DNA of 64,000 nt from NCBI GenBank assembly GCA_965205485.1, contig OZ242180.1, positions 3,232,001 through 3,296,000 on the forward strand. The letters are read 5' to 3'. Source of the stretch: Candidatus Latescibacterota bacterium (GTDB lineage: Bacteria > Latescibacterota > UBA2968 > GCA-2709665). Shown here one piece after another: positions 1 through 8,566 of the stretch; position 1 is the stretch's first letter; every line of letters begins with the position of its first letter. The notes under the pieces are model-generated. The model saw nothing but the letters and a program-made list of their open reading frames with translations. It did not search any database and had not been told where the DNA came from. Both the position numbers and the translations under genes were made by a program.

Positions 1-1002
1 GGCATTGTAGAGTGTGGACAGATCGGCTTCCCCACTCTGTGTGACGGCGGCGCGACCCTGTGCGAGGATTTCCTCCTCGTAAACGGGTCGATCCACGCAC
101 CGGAGAACCCCAAGCGGAACCGGAAAATCCGGATATTCCATGCGGCTGAGCATGTAAGCCAGCGCCGGCGGGTCCGCGGACTCGTCGTGTACAAGAAGGT
201 CGGCTTCGGATGTGCCGTTGCCCAGCGTCACGACTTCGGGACGCAGCTCGTTCATCCGGACACCCTTGTCCCGCTCCTTCCCGAAAATCATCGGCTCACC
301 GTCTTCGAGAATTAACGTATTGTCGTCTTTTACATCCGCTTCGGTGATGTGGAACCACGCGCCATCGTTGTAGATGTTGCAGTTCTGGTAGACTTCGACG
401 AACGACGTGCCCTTGTGGGCTGCCGCCCGGCGGAGCATTTCGGCAAGGTGCTTGGTATTCCTGTCGACGGAACGGGCGACAAAGGTGGCCTCGGCCCCAA
501 TGGCGACGGAGATGGGATTGAAGGACTGTTCGATGGAGCCCATGGGCGACGAATACGTCTTGTGGCCGGGCAGCGACGTGGGCGAGTATTGCCCCTTCGT
601 AAGGCCGTAGATGCGGTTGTTGAAGAGGATGATGTTCACGTCCACGTTCCTGCGCAGAATATGCAGCAGGTGGTTGCCGCCGATGGACAGGCCGTCCCCG
701 TCCCCGGTGATCACCCATACGTGCAGGTCCGGGTTGGCCACCTTGAGGCCCGAGGCGAGAGTCGGCGCGCGTCCGTGAATGGAGTGTACGCCATAGGTGT
801 TCATATAATACGGAAAACGGCTGGAACAGCCGATTCCGGAGATGAACACGATCTGCTCCCGTGGGATTCCGAGTTCGGGAAGCACCCTCTGCATCTGCGC
901 CAGTATGGCGTAGTCTCCGCATCCCGGACACCAGCGGACCTCCTGGTCGGAAACGAAGTCCTTGCGGGTCAGTTGTAGAAGCTCCGGTGTGGCTTCGGCC
1001 AT
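1..1002 (-). CDS. korB: 2-oxoacid:ferredoxin oxidoreductase beta subunit (3' end runs off the window)
   Basis: Read manually from ATG at 1002: MAEATPELLQLTRKDFVSDQEVRWCPGCGDYAILAQ..., with GDGD TPP-binding motif and NNRIYGLTKGQYSPT. Lies directly downstream of the alpha subunit. The ORF track shows a different frame here. Confidence 0.93.
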   Translation of the reverse strand, partial: MAEATPELLQLTRKDFVSDQEVRWCPGCGDYAILAQMQRVLPELGIPREQIVFISGIGCSSRFPYYMNTYGVHSIHGRAPTLASGLKVANPDLHVWVITGDGDGLSIGGNHLLHILRRNVDVNIILFNNRIYGLTKGQYSPTSLPGHKTYSSPMGSIEQSFNPISVAIGAEATFVARSVDRNTKHLAEMLRRAAAHKGTSFVEVYQNCNIYNDGAWFHITEADVKDDNTLILEDGEPMIFGKERDKGVRMNELRPEVVTLGNGTSEADLLVHDESADPPALAYMLSRMEYPDFPVPLGVLRCVDRPVYEEEILAQGRAAVTQSGEADLSTLYNA

Positions 1003-1031
1003 GGATCATTCTCCAGATTCAGGGGGACGGT

Positions 1032-2906
1032 CTAGTCGAGCAATTCGTGGATTTTGTCCGCAATCTCGGAAATCTTGAATGGCTGCCCCTGGACTTTGGG
1101 ATAGCTGATGACACGTAAGGGATACCTGGCGTTGAGCAGGAGAGAAAGCTGTCCTCCGTTGATCTCGGGTACCAGGATCTTTCGATACCGTAGAAGCAGA
1201 CTTTCCAGGTTCGCGGGAAACGGGTTCAGATACCGGATATGGGCATGGGCAACCGACCGGCCGTTGGAGACCGCGCGGCGCACCGCTGACCTGATTGCGC
1301 CGAAAGTGCTGCCCCAACCGACGACAAGCACATCGCCGGCACTTGGTCCGAACACGTCCTGCTCGGGAATCCGATTGGCGATTCGCGCCACCTTTTCCGC
1401 CCTGACCCTGACCATGTGTTCGTGGTCTTTCGGGTCGTACGAGACGTTACCCGTGCCGTCCTGCTTGCCCAACCCGCCGATCCGGTGTTCCATGCCCGGC
1501 GTGCCGGGAAGCGCCCAGGGACGCGAAAGGGTCTGCACGTTCCTCGTGTACGGCTGGAAATCCTCAGGGTCCGTTCGGTGTTCTACGTTGATCGTCGCAA
1601 TATCGTTGGGATCGGGGATCTTCCAGGGTTCGGAACTGTTGTTCAGGTAGCCGTCAGACAGGAAGAAAACCGGCGACATGCTTTCAACGGCGATGCGAAA
1701 GGCTTCAATGCCCAGGTTGAAGCAATCGGAGGCCGTGGCCGGCGCGACGATGGGAACCGGACTCTCGCCATTGCGGCCGAACATGCATTGGAGCAGGTCG
1801 GACTGTTCCGTTTTCGTAGGAAGCCCCGTGCTGGGCCCTCCCCGTTGAAAGTTGGCGACAACCAGTGGCAATTCCAGCACGAGAGCCAGGTTGATGGCTT
1901 CGCTCTTGAGCGCAACGCCCGGGCCGCTGGTGCCCGTTGCGGCAAAGGCGCCGCCGAACGCGGCGCCAATGGCGGAGCCGATGGCTGCAATTTCGTCTTC
2001 TGCCTGGAATGTGCGCACGTCAAAGTTTTTCAGGGCGGCCAGCGCTTCCAGCAGGACGCTGGCGGGGGTAATCGGGTAACTTCCGTAAAAGAGGGTCTTG
2101 CCGGCCTTGTGCGCCGCGGTGACGAAACCCATCGCGGTGGCCTGGGCGCCGGTAACGGCGCGATACGTGCCCGGTTCGACCACGGCTTTGGGAATTTTGT
2201 ACCTGTACTGGAACTGTTCGGTCGTCTCCCCGTAGTTGTATCCGGCCTTCAGGGTAGTTACGTTGCCCTCAACGACGTTGGGGCGGCTGGCGAATTTCTC
2301 TTCAAGCATGCGGATGGTCGGATCCAGCGGACGGTCGAAGATCCAGTACGCAAGTCCGAGGGCGAAGCAGTTCTTCATCATATCGATCTGCCGGTTGGAC
2401 AGGCCCTCGACACCGGCCACCGCCCGCTTGTGCAACGTTGTCAACGGAACCTTGCAAACGCGATACCCCTCCAGCGATCCGTCTTCCAGGGGGTCGGTCT
2501 CGTAGCCTGCCTTGCGCAGGTTGTTTCGTGTGAAGTTGTTGGAATTGGTAATGACCACGCCGCCCGGCGGCAGGTCCTGCAGGTTGGCCCTGAGAGCGGC
2601 CGGGTTCATGGCAACGAGAACCTGGGGCTCGTCTCCGGGCGTGTAGATGTCTTCGCTGGAAATGCGGACCTGAAAACCGCTTATGCCCGGCAATGTGCCC
2701 GCGGGAGCGCGGATTTCTGCGGGGAAATCCGGCATGGTACTGATATCGTTGCCCACGATGGCGGACGTGTTGGCGAATTCTCCCCCAATGAACTGGCTTC
2801 CATCGCCGGAGTCGCCCGCGAATCGGACAGCGATAGATTCTACTTCGTTCAATTCGTCCAGAAGTTCGGCTTCTTCGTCAATTTCCTCGACGGCTGTTTC
2901 GGCCAT
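1032..2906 (-). CDS. korA: 2-oxoacid:ferredoxin oxidoreductase alpha subunit
   Basis: RFAGDSGDG, YPITPAS, QAEDEIAA and QRGGPSTGLPTKTEQSDL motifs. Confidence 0.95.
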   Translation of the reverse strand: MAETAVEEIDEEAELLDELNEVESIAVRFAGDSGDGSQFIGGEFANTSAIVGNDISTMPDFPAEIRAPAGTLPGISGFQVRISSEDIYTPGDEPQVLVAMNPAALRANLQDLPPGGVVITNSNNFTRNNLRKAGYETDPLEDGSLEGYRVCKVPLTTLHKRAVAGVEGLSNRQIDMMKNCFALGLAYWIFDRPLDPTIRMLEEKFASRPNVVEGNVTTLKAGYNYGETTEQFQYRYKIPKAVVEPGTYRAVTGAQATAMGFVTAAHKAGKTLFYGSYPITPASVLLEALAALKNFDVRTFQAEDEIAAIGSAIGAAFGGAFAATGTSGPGVALKSEAINLALVLELPLVVANFQRGGPSTGLPTKTEQSDLLQCMFGRNGESPVPIVAPATASDCFNLGIEAFRIAVESMSPVFFLSDGYLNNSSEPWKIPDPNDIATINVEHRTDPEDFQPYTRNVQTLSRPWALPGTPGMEHRIGGLGKQDGTGNVSYDPKDHEHMVRVRAEKVARIANRIPEQDVFGPSAGDVLVVGWGSTFGAIRSAVRRAVSNGRSVAHAHIRYLNPFPANLESLLLRYRKILVPEINGGQLSLLLNARYPLRVISYPKVQGQPFKISEIADKIHELLD

Positions 2907-2963
2907 CTCTATGAACCTCCCGGTACATTTGGGCTGCGGATCCGATTACGAACTCCAGGCGCG

Positions 2964-3431
2964 TCAGGCGCCGGCGCGGGCTTTGGCGAACACGTCCGGC
3001 ACGGGCGGCTGGTTGTAGATTTCCTGCGGGAAGTAATCGCATATGTATTTGATAATGGCATAATAGGTCAACGTACCCAGGACCCTGCCCTCTTTGTTCG
3101 TTACCGGCATGTAACGGAAGCGGTTAGAAGCGATCACCCTCGTCGCGTCCAGGATGTTCATCTCCGCGTCGATTGTTTCAGGATCCGGAGTCATCAGGTC
3201 ATCGATCGGCGCATTGCCGCTCTCCGCGTTACCTGCCACTTTTTTCATGATATCGCGTTCGGTGAAGATGCCGATCAACCGGCCGTGTCTCATTACGAGC
3301 GCGCATTTTCTGTGGCTCGCCTTCATCTTGGCGAGAACATCTCCCGCTCGCGTGCCATGTTCCGTCTCGACGTAATACGACAGGTCGACATGGGTGATCG
3401 GCGCAGTTTGAATACTCTCTTTAAGGTCCAT
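2964..3431 (-). CDS. CBS domain-pair protein
   Basis: LIGIFTERDI and MTPDPETI...FRYMPV CBS signatures; upstream of korA on the same strand. Confidence 0.85.
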   Translation of the reverse strand: MDLKESIQTAPITHVDLSYYVETEHGTRAGDVLAKMKASHRKCALVMRHGRLIGIFTERDIMKKVAGNAESGNAPIDDLMTPDPETIDAEMNILDATRVIASNRFRYMPVTNKEGRVLGTLTYYAIIKYICDYFPQEIYNQPPVPDVFAKARAGA

Positions 3432-3883
3432 CTGACCCTCCGGAATCGATGCGCTCCGGCTTCCGTGTGTCTGACGGCCGGCGCACGTTGCGTACGACTC
3501 CGTCCGCCCGCCATGATGTCGTTTTTGGAACCGACAGTTAACAATAAGCCGCGCTTATCTTATCTGGTTGTAATATAAAGCATTCAAGCGGCAATGGCAA
3601 GGCGAATCCATTAGTTTATTTTGTCAAAACTCCTTCGATACAACAAAATGGTTTATAGTGATTCGCGGGAGTCCGATGCATAAGTCGACCTGAATCGCCG
3701 CGTTAGCGCAGATTGCACGATCGACAACGTCGTGTGTCTGAAACGTACGAAGAACCATTTGATTTAAGCAAAGCCGAATTCTATATTGAAATTGTGCTCA
3801 CAGCGAGGGGGCGACTGTGATTCCCGCGATAATTCATCCGGTCTCGTTTAGTTGCGTGCATTGAGCTTGTCAATGTGCCATCA

Positions 3884-4027
3884 CTCGACGAAACGCGGTC
3901 ATTGAGCATGCCTGCATTGAGCGGGTCGAAATGTCGAAATGCCCACGTTTCGATACCCTTCCGCCGACCCTTCGACAAGCTCAGGGAGCGGCTCGGGGCT
4001 CAGGAGCCGGTCCTGAGCCCGTCGAAG
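3884..4027. repeat. REP-like palindromic element cluster, copy 1
   Basis: CTTCGACAAGCTCAGG (3970-3985) with inverted CCTGAGCCCGTCGAAG (4012-4027); CATTGAGC..GTCGAAATG variants; ~105 bp repeated at 5629-5745. Confidence 0.75.
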
Positions 4028-4073
4028 AAGCGATTCCGGCCACATCCAACTGAAATGATCTGGAAATTCTGAT

Positions 4074-5546
4074 ATGCGCGTCGGCATTCTCTCTCTTGTC
4101 CATGAGTCCAATACGTTCATCGGTACGCCCACCACACTGGATATGTTCCGGTCGAGCCGGATTCTCATCGGAAACGAAGTGGCGGACGGTTTCGAAGACG
4201 GCCTGAACGAGGTGAGCGGTTTTTTGGCGGGTCTGGCGGAGTCGGGCATCGAAGCGGTACCGCTCTTTTACGCCAGTACCGAGCCCTCCGGCAGGATTAC
4301 GAAGGACACCTGCGACGCGCTGATGCAGATGATGTTCGAACAGGTTGAACGCGCCGGCGAACCGGACGGCTGGCTGGTGGCGCCCCACGGGGCGAACGTG
4401 GGTGAGGGCAAGGACTACCGGGACCTCGACGGATACTGGCTGTACCGACTCAGGCGCATTGTCGGCGAGGGAACACCGATCATCTGCACAATCGATCCGC
4501 ACGCGAACCTGTCGGAGAGGATGATTGCGGCCTGTGACGCGACGATTGCCTATCGCAGCAACCCGCATCTTGACCAGAAAGAGGTGGGATTGCAGGCCGC
4601 GCGGTTGATGGCGCGGACGCTTCGAGACGAGATCAGGCCCACGCAGGCGGCTGCGTTTCCGCCGATCGCCATCAATATCGAACGCCAGCTGACGGGAACC
4701 GCGCCGTGCCGGCCGATGTACGAACTTGCGGATCGACTTCTGGACCGGCCTGGCGTTTTGTCGAACAGCATCGTGTTGGGATTCCCGTACTCCGATGTGC
4801 CCGAGATGGGCGCTTCGATGATTGCCGTGACAGACGGAGATACACGCCTTGCGGAATCCGTGGCCGGAGAACTCGCGGATTATCTCCACGCCTTTCGCGG
4901 TGACTTCAGGGGTGAGTTCATCGGCATCCCGGAAGCGGTCGATATGGCGTTGGCTGCAGACGGCCCGGTATGCCTGCTGGACATGGGCGACAACGTGGGC
5001 GGCGGTTCCGCGGGCGACGGCACGATGCTCGCGCATGAATTGCACACGCGCGGGAATATCAGGGCATTCGTGTGCCTGTACGACCGGGAAGCCGTTTCAA
5101 GCGCGGCCGAGGCCGGCGTGGGGGGGCGTCTCACGCTCCGGATGGGCGGCAAGACTGACGAATTGCACGGCCCGCCGCTGGAGGTTCCCGTCAGGGTACG
5201 CGGCGTCTACAGCGGTTGGTTCAGCGAGAGCGAGATTCGCCACGGAGGCCGGACGGCGTTCGACATGGGTCAGACAGCGGTGGTGGACACGGACAGCGGC
5301 TTGACCATCAGCCTGACCTCCCGGCGGGTAGTGCCGGTGAGTCTGGGTCTCATGACCAGTTGTCAACTGCGTCCCGACGCCTTCGACGTCATCGTCGCCA
5401 AGGGGGTGCATGCGCCCGTGGCGGCTTACGCTCCCGTGTGCACGCGTCTGATCCGCGTCGATACGCCCGGAGCGACGGCGGCGGACATGCGCAAGTTCGA
5501 GTTCCGCCATCGCCGGCGACCGTTGTATCCGTTCGAAGAAATCTAG
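4074..5546 (+). CDS. M81/MlrC-family metallopeptidase
   Basis: HESNTF, PHGA, DPHANLS, YRSNPHLD, DMGDNVGGGSAGD motifs. Confidence 0.88.
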   Translation: MRVGILSLVHESNTFIGTPTTLDMFRSSRILIGNEVADGFEDGLNEVSGFLAGLAESGIEAVPLFYASTEPSGRITKDTCDALMQMMFEQVERAGEPDGWLVAPHGANVGEGKDYRDLDGYWLYRLRRIVGEGTPIICTIDPHANLSERMIAACDATIAYRSNPHLDQKEVGLQAARLMARTLRDEIRPTQAAAFPPIAINIERQLTGTAPCRPMYELADRLLDRPGVLSNSIVLGFPYSDVPEMGASMIAVTDGDTRLAESVAGELADYLHAFRGDFRGEFIGIPEAVDMALAADGPVCLLDMGDNVGGGSAGDGTMLAHELHTRGNIRAFVCLYDREAVSSAAEAGVGGRLTLRMGGKTDELHGPPLEVPVRVRGVYSGWFSESEIRHGGRTAFDMGQTAVVDTDSGLTISLTSRRVVPVSLGLMTSCQLRPDAFDVIVAKGVHAPVAAYAPVCTRLIRVDTPGATAADMRKFEFRHRRRPLYPFEEI

Positions 5547-5628
5547 GCTCTACGCGCCAGAGTCGCGTGGATTGGGTCCTCACCAAAGAAGCCCGAATAG
5601 GATTCTGTAACGAATTTCTCTTACCAAG

Positions 5629-5750
5629 CTCGACGAAGCGCGTTCATTGAGCATGCCTGCATAGAGCGGGTCGAAATGTCGAAATGCCCGCGCTTCGTCC
5701 GCGTTTCGACCCTTCACCGGCCCTTCGACAAGCTCAGGGAACGGTTCAGG
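5629..5750. repeat. REP-like element cluster, copy 2
   Basis: CTCGACGAAGCGCGTTCATTGAGCATGCCTGCATAGAGCGGGTCGAAATGTCGAAATGCCC...CCCTTCGACAAGCTCAGGGA is a direct repeat of 3884-3987. Confidence 0.75.
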
Positions 5751-5832
5751 GTCCGCGGACTTTGGGCGTCGGCCCACGAGGAAGTATCGCAGCCGAATCA
5801 CAACACCTACAGCAAAATCAGGAGGACAGCCC

Positions 5833-6606
5833 GTGTCCATTCTATTCGAAGAGATGACCCGGGAAGAGATCCGGAAGGTTGCGCCCACGGCCACGGCAGT
5901 CCTGCCCACGGCGGCCATCGAGCAGCACGGACCTCACCTTCCGGTGTGTACGGACGCCGTTCTATGCGGGACGGTCGCGCGCCAGGCCGCGGCGCGCGCA
6001 AATGAGCAGGTTCCCATCGTGGTGGCCCCCACGCTGCAGTTCGGCAACTCCCACCATCACTATCCGTTTCCGGGCGTCCTGTCATTCAGGACTACCACGT
6101 ACGTCGGCGCAGTGACAGATGTTCTTGAAGGCCTTTCGCGAAGCGGATTCAGGCGGCTCGTGGTGTTGAACGGCCACGGGGGGAATTGCAACCCGAACGG
6201 GCTGGTGGGACAGGACTTCGTGAACCGGCTGGGCTATCCGGCGGCCGTGGCGACCGGCGATTACTGGAATATCGCGCGGGAGGCGCTCATCGACGTCATG
6301 CCGTCGTCGGTCATCCCCGGCCACGCCGGTCGATTCGAAGCGGCGATGATGATGGCGATCCGGCCGGACCTGGTGAACAGAGAGGCGTTGGACGCGATGA
6401 GCGGGCAGATCCACGACGATGCCGGTCTGGACGTGGGCCTTTCGGGCGCGGTGGTTCAGGTCCACGGCGAATGGCAGGCGGGAGTCGGCTACACGGATAA
6501 CCCGGCGGAGGCCACCGTCGAGGACGGCCGGGCCATGCTGGAGAAAATCGTATGCAAGGTGTCCGACTTCCTCGTTGCATTTCATCGCAGCAAGCATCCG
6601 GTTTGA
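5833..6606 (+). CDS. creatininase-family amidohydrolase
   Basis: EQHGPHLP.TD, NGHGGN, HAGRFE motifs. Confidence 0.9.
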   Translation: MSILFEEMTREEIRKVAPTATAVLPTAAIEQHGPHLPVCTDAVLCGTVARQAAARANEQVPIVVAPTLQFGNSHHHYPFPGVLSFRTTTYVGAVTDVLEGLSRSGFRRLVVLNGHGGNCNPNGLVGQDFVNRLGYPAAVATGDYWNIAREALIDVMPSSVIPGHAGRFEAAMMMAIRPDLVNREALDAMSGQIHDDAGLDVGLSGAVVQVHGEWQAGVGYTDNPAEATVEDGRAMLEKIVCKVSDFLVAFHRSKHPV

Positions 6607-6711
6607 ATCTGCTGCCTTGTGCTCCCCGTGAAACTTGCCCAAACCGTTGAATTCTCTTAATATGTGTGCCCATCTGTCGGCCGCGAAAATGCCCGTTTCA
6701 CAGGTAGAATC

Positions 6712-7749
6712 ATGGAAAAACCCAATGTCGTCGTCATCGGCTATGGCTTTGCCGGCCGCTGCTTCCACGCCTATCTGGTGGGACTGGCCGGCGGCCTGAA
6801 CCTGTACGGCATCGCCACAAGCCGGCCGGAGGCCCGCGACGAAATCCAGCGCGACCTGGGTGTAAAGACCTTCCGCCACTTCGATGAGGTGTTGGCCGAT
6901 TCAGCCGTTGATTTAGTCGTCCTCGCCACGCCCAATGACCTCCACGCCCCGCACGCGATCCAGGCGCTGGCAGCAGGCAAACACGTCGTCACCGACAAGC
7001 CCATGTGCCTGAGCATGGCTGAGGCCGACCGGATGATCGCCGCCAGCCAGGCGCACGACCGCTTGCTCAGCGTATTTCAGAATCGCCGCTGGGACGGCGA
7101 TTTTCTCGCCGTTAAAGACACGCTGGCCCAAGGGCTTGTCGGCGATCTCTTTTTGCTGGAGATGTTCTGGGGCCAAAACGGGCCTCCGCGAGGCTGGCGC
7201 AGCATCGCACGGCACGGCGGCGGCAAATTCCTCGATTTAGGTGCACACCTGGTCGATCAAGCCCTCCAGCTCATCGACGCGCCGCTCGCAAAGGTGTACG
7301 CCACCTTCCACTCTGGCGACCCACTCAGCATCGACGTCGAGTCCCACGCGCTGGCCGTGCTCCACTTTACCAACGGCGTCGAAGCGCGCGTGGAGACCTC
7401 GTCGCTGGCGAGCAAGGCCAAACCGCGCTGGTACGTGCTGGGCACGGAAGGCGCACTGGTTAAAGAAGGCGTTGACCCGCAGGAAAAGGCCATGATCGCC
7501 GGCGACATCGACGCGGCTGAAGAGGCGCCCGAGCACTACGCCCGCCTCTTTAGGTCAGCCGAGGAAACCATTATTAAGACGGCACCTGGTCGCTGGCGCT
7601 CCTACTACGAGAACATCGCCGACGCGCTCGCCGGCCGCGCCGAGCTGGCCGTCACCGCCGAGAGCGTGCGGCATGCCATGATTGCCATTGAGGCCGCCCG
7701 GCTCTCTGCCGCCGAGCAGCGGCCCGTAGCCCCGGAGGAAGTCGGGTGA
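6712..7749 (+). CDS. Gfo/Idh/MocA-family oxidoreductase
   Basis: GYGFAG Rossmann motif, HVVTDKPM, FQNRRWDGDF, DLGAHLVDQ; start placed at ATG 6712. Confidence 0.9.
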   Translation: MEKPNVVVIGYGFAGRCFHAYLVGLAGGLNLYGIATSRPEARDEIQRDLGVKTFRHFDEVLADSAVDLVVLATPNDLHAPHAIQALAAGKHVVTDKPMCLSMAEADRMIAASQAHDRLLSVFQNRRWDGDFLAVKDTLAQGLVGDLFLLEMFWGQNGPPRGWRSIARHGGGKFLDLGAHLVDQALQLIDAPLAKVYATFHSGDPLSIDVESHALAVLHFTNGVEARVETSSLASKAKPRWYVLGTEGALVKEGVDPQEKAMIAGDIDAAEEAPEHYARLFRSAEETIIKTAPGRWRSYYENIADALAGRAELAVTAESVRHAMIAIEAARLSAAEQRPVAPEEVG

Positions 7750-8336
7750 AATTGCGGCCGGGCAACTACGGCAAGGAGACCAGCTTTGAGGTTCGCACGT
7801 TCGACGCGGAGATGCCCGTCGACGAATACGCCCGCCTGCCCAAACACCCGCTCTATCTGGTGCTCGACAATTTGCGCAGCGCCTTCAACGTCGGCTCGAT
7901 CTTCCGCACGGCCGACGCGGGTCGCTTGCAGGGAATCTACACCTGTGGCTACACGGCTCATCCTCCCCATCCCAAGCTCGACAAGACGGCGTTGGGCACC
8001 CTCCCGTACATCGAGACCCGCCACTTCGCCACCACGCTACAAGCCATTGAGCACTTGCGCGCTCGCCAGGTGCAGGTTTGGGCGCTGGAGACGACATCGC
8101 AAAGTCGCTGCTACGCCGAGTTGAACTATCCGTGCCCCCTGGCCCTCATCGTGGGTAATGAGGCCCTCGGCGTGAGTCGCACCGCACTGGAGTGCTGCGA
8201 CGAGCTGGTTGAGATTCCCATGTACGGCTACAAAAACAGCCTCAACGTCGCCGCGGCCAGCGCCGTCCTCGTCTTTGAGGTTCTGCGCCAATGGCGGGCC
8301 GTCAGCCCCACCTGTCAGCCCACCGCCCCTTCCTGA
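7746..8336 (+). CDS. TrmH/SpoU-family RNA methyltransferase
   Basis: LDNLRSAFNVGSIFRTAD, GNEALG, IPMYGYKNSLNVA motifs. Confidence 0.9.
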   Translation: MKLRPGNYGKETSFEVRTFDAEMPVDEYARLPKHPLYLVLDNLRSAFNVGSIFRTADAGRLQGIYTCGYTAHPPHPKLDKTALGTLPYIETRHFATTLQAIEHLRARQVQVWALETTSQSRCYAELNYPCPLALIVGNEALGVSRTALECCDELVEIPMYGYKNSLNVAAASAVLVFEVLRQWRAVSPTCQPTAPS

Positions 8337-8566
8337 ACCCACCCCGCAGACTCGGGGTCCAGCCGCCCGTTTGCTGCGCGACTGGCTCGGCTTTGAGTTC
8401 GTCACCACCCCCATTTCCCTGTGTCTACACGTAAAATGCAAGAAGCAAATCGACTTATCGTGTCTCGGCTGCGAACGTTTTCGTTCCGATTTCTCGTCGG
8501 CAGAATAGCATCGAGGCTGGCGGGCAGGAATGTCGGCCGCATCCTCCAACGTAAGCCGGCGGCGCC

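Noticed and set aside
296..1009. 237-aa ORF-track entry as the korB gene
   Set aside because: Wrong frame; the real korB starts at 1002 and runs off the window.
1416..3578. Long antisense ORFs (e.g. 720 aa here; also 30146-31804, 59762-61336, 61741-63081)
   Set aside because: Shadow ORFs opposite well-supported genes in GC-rich DNA.
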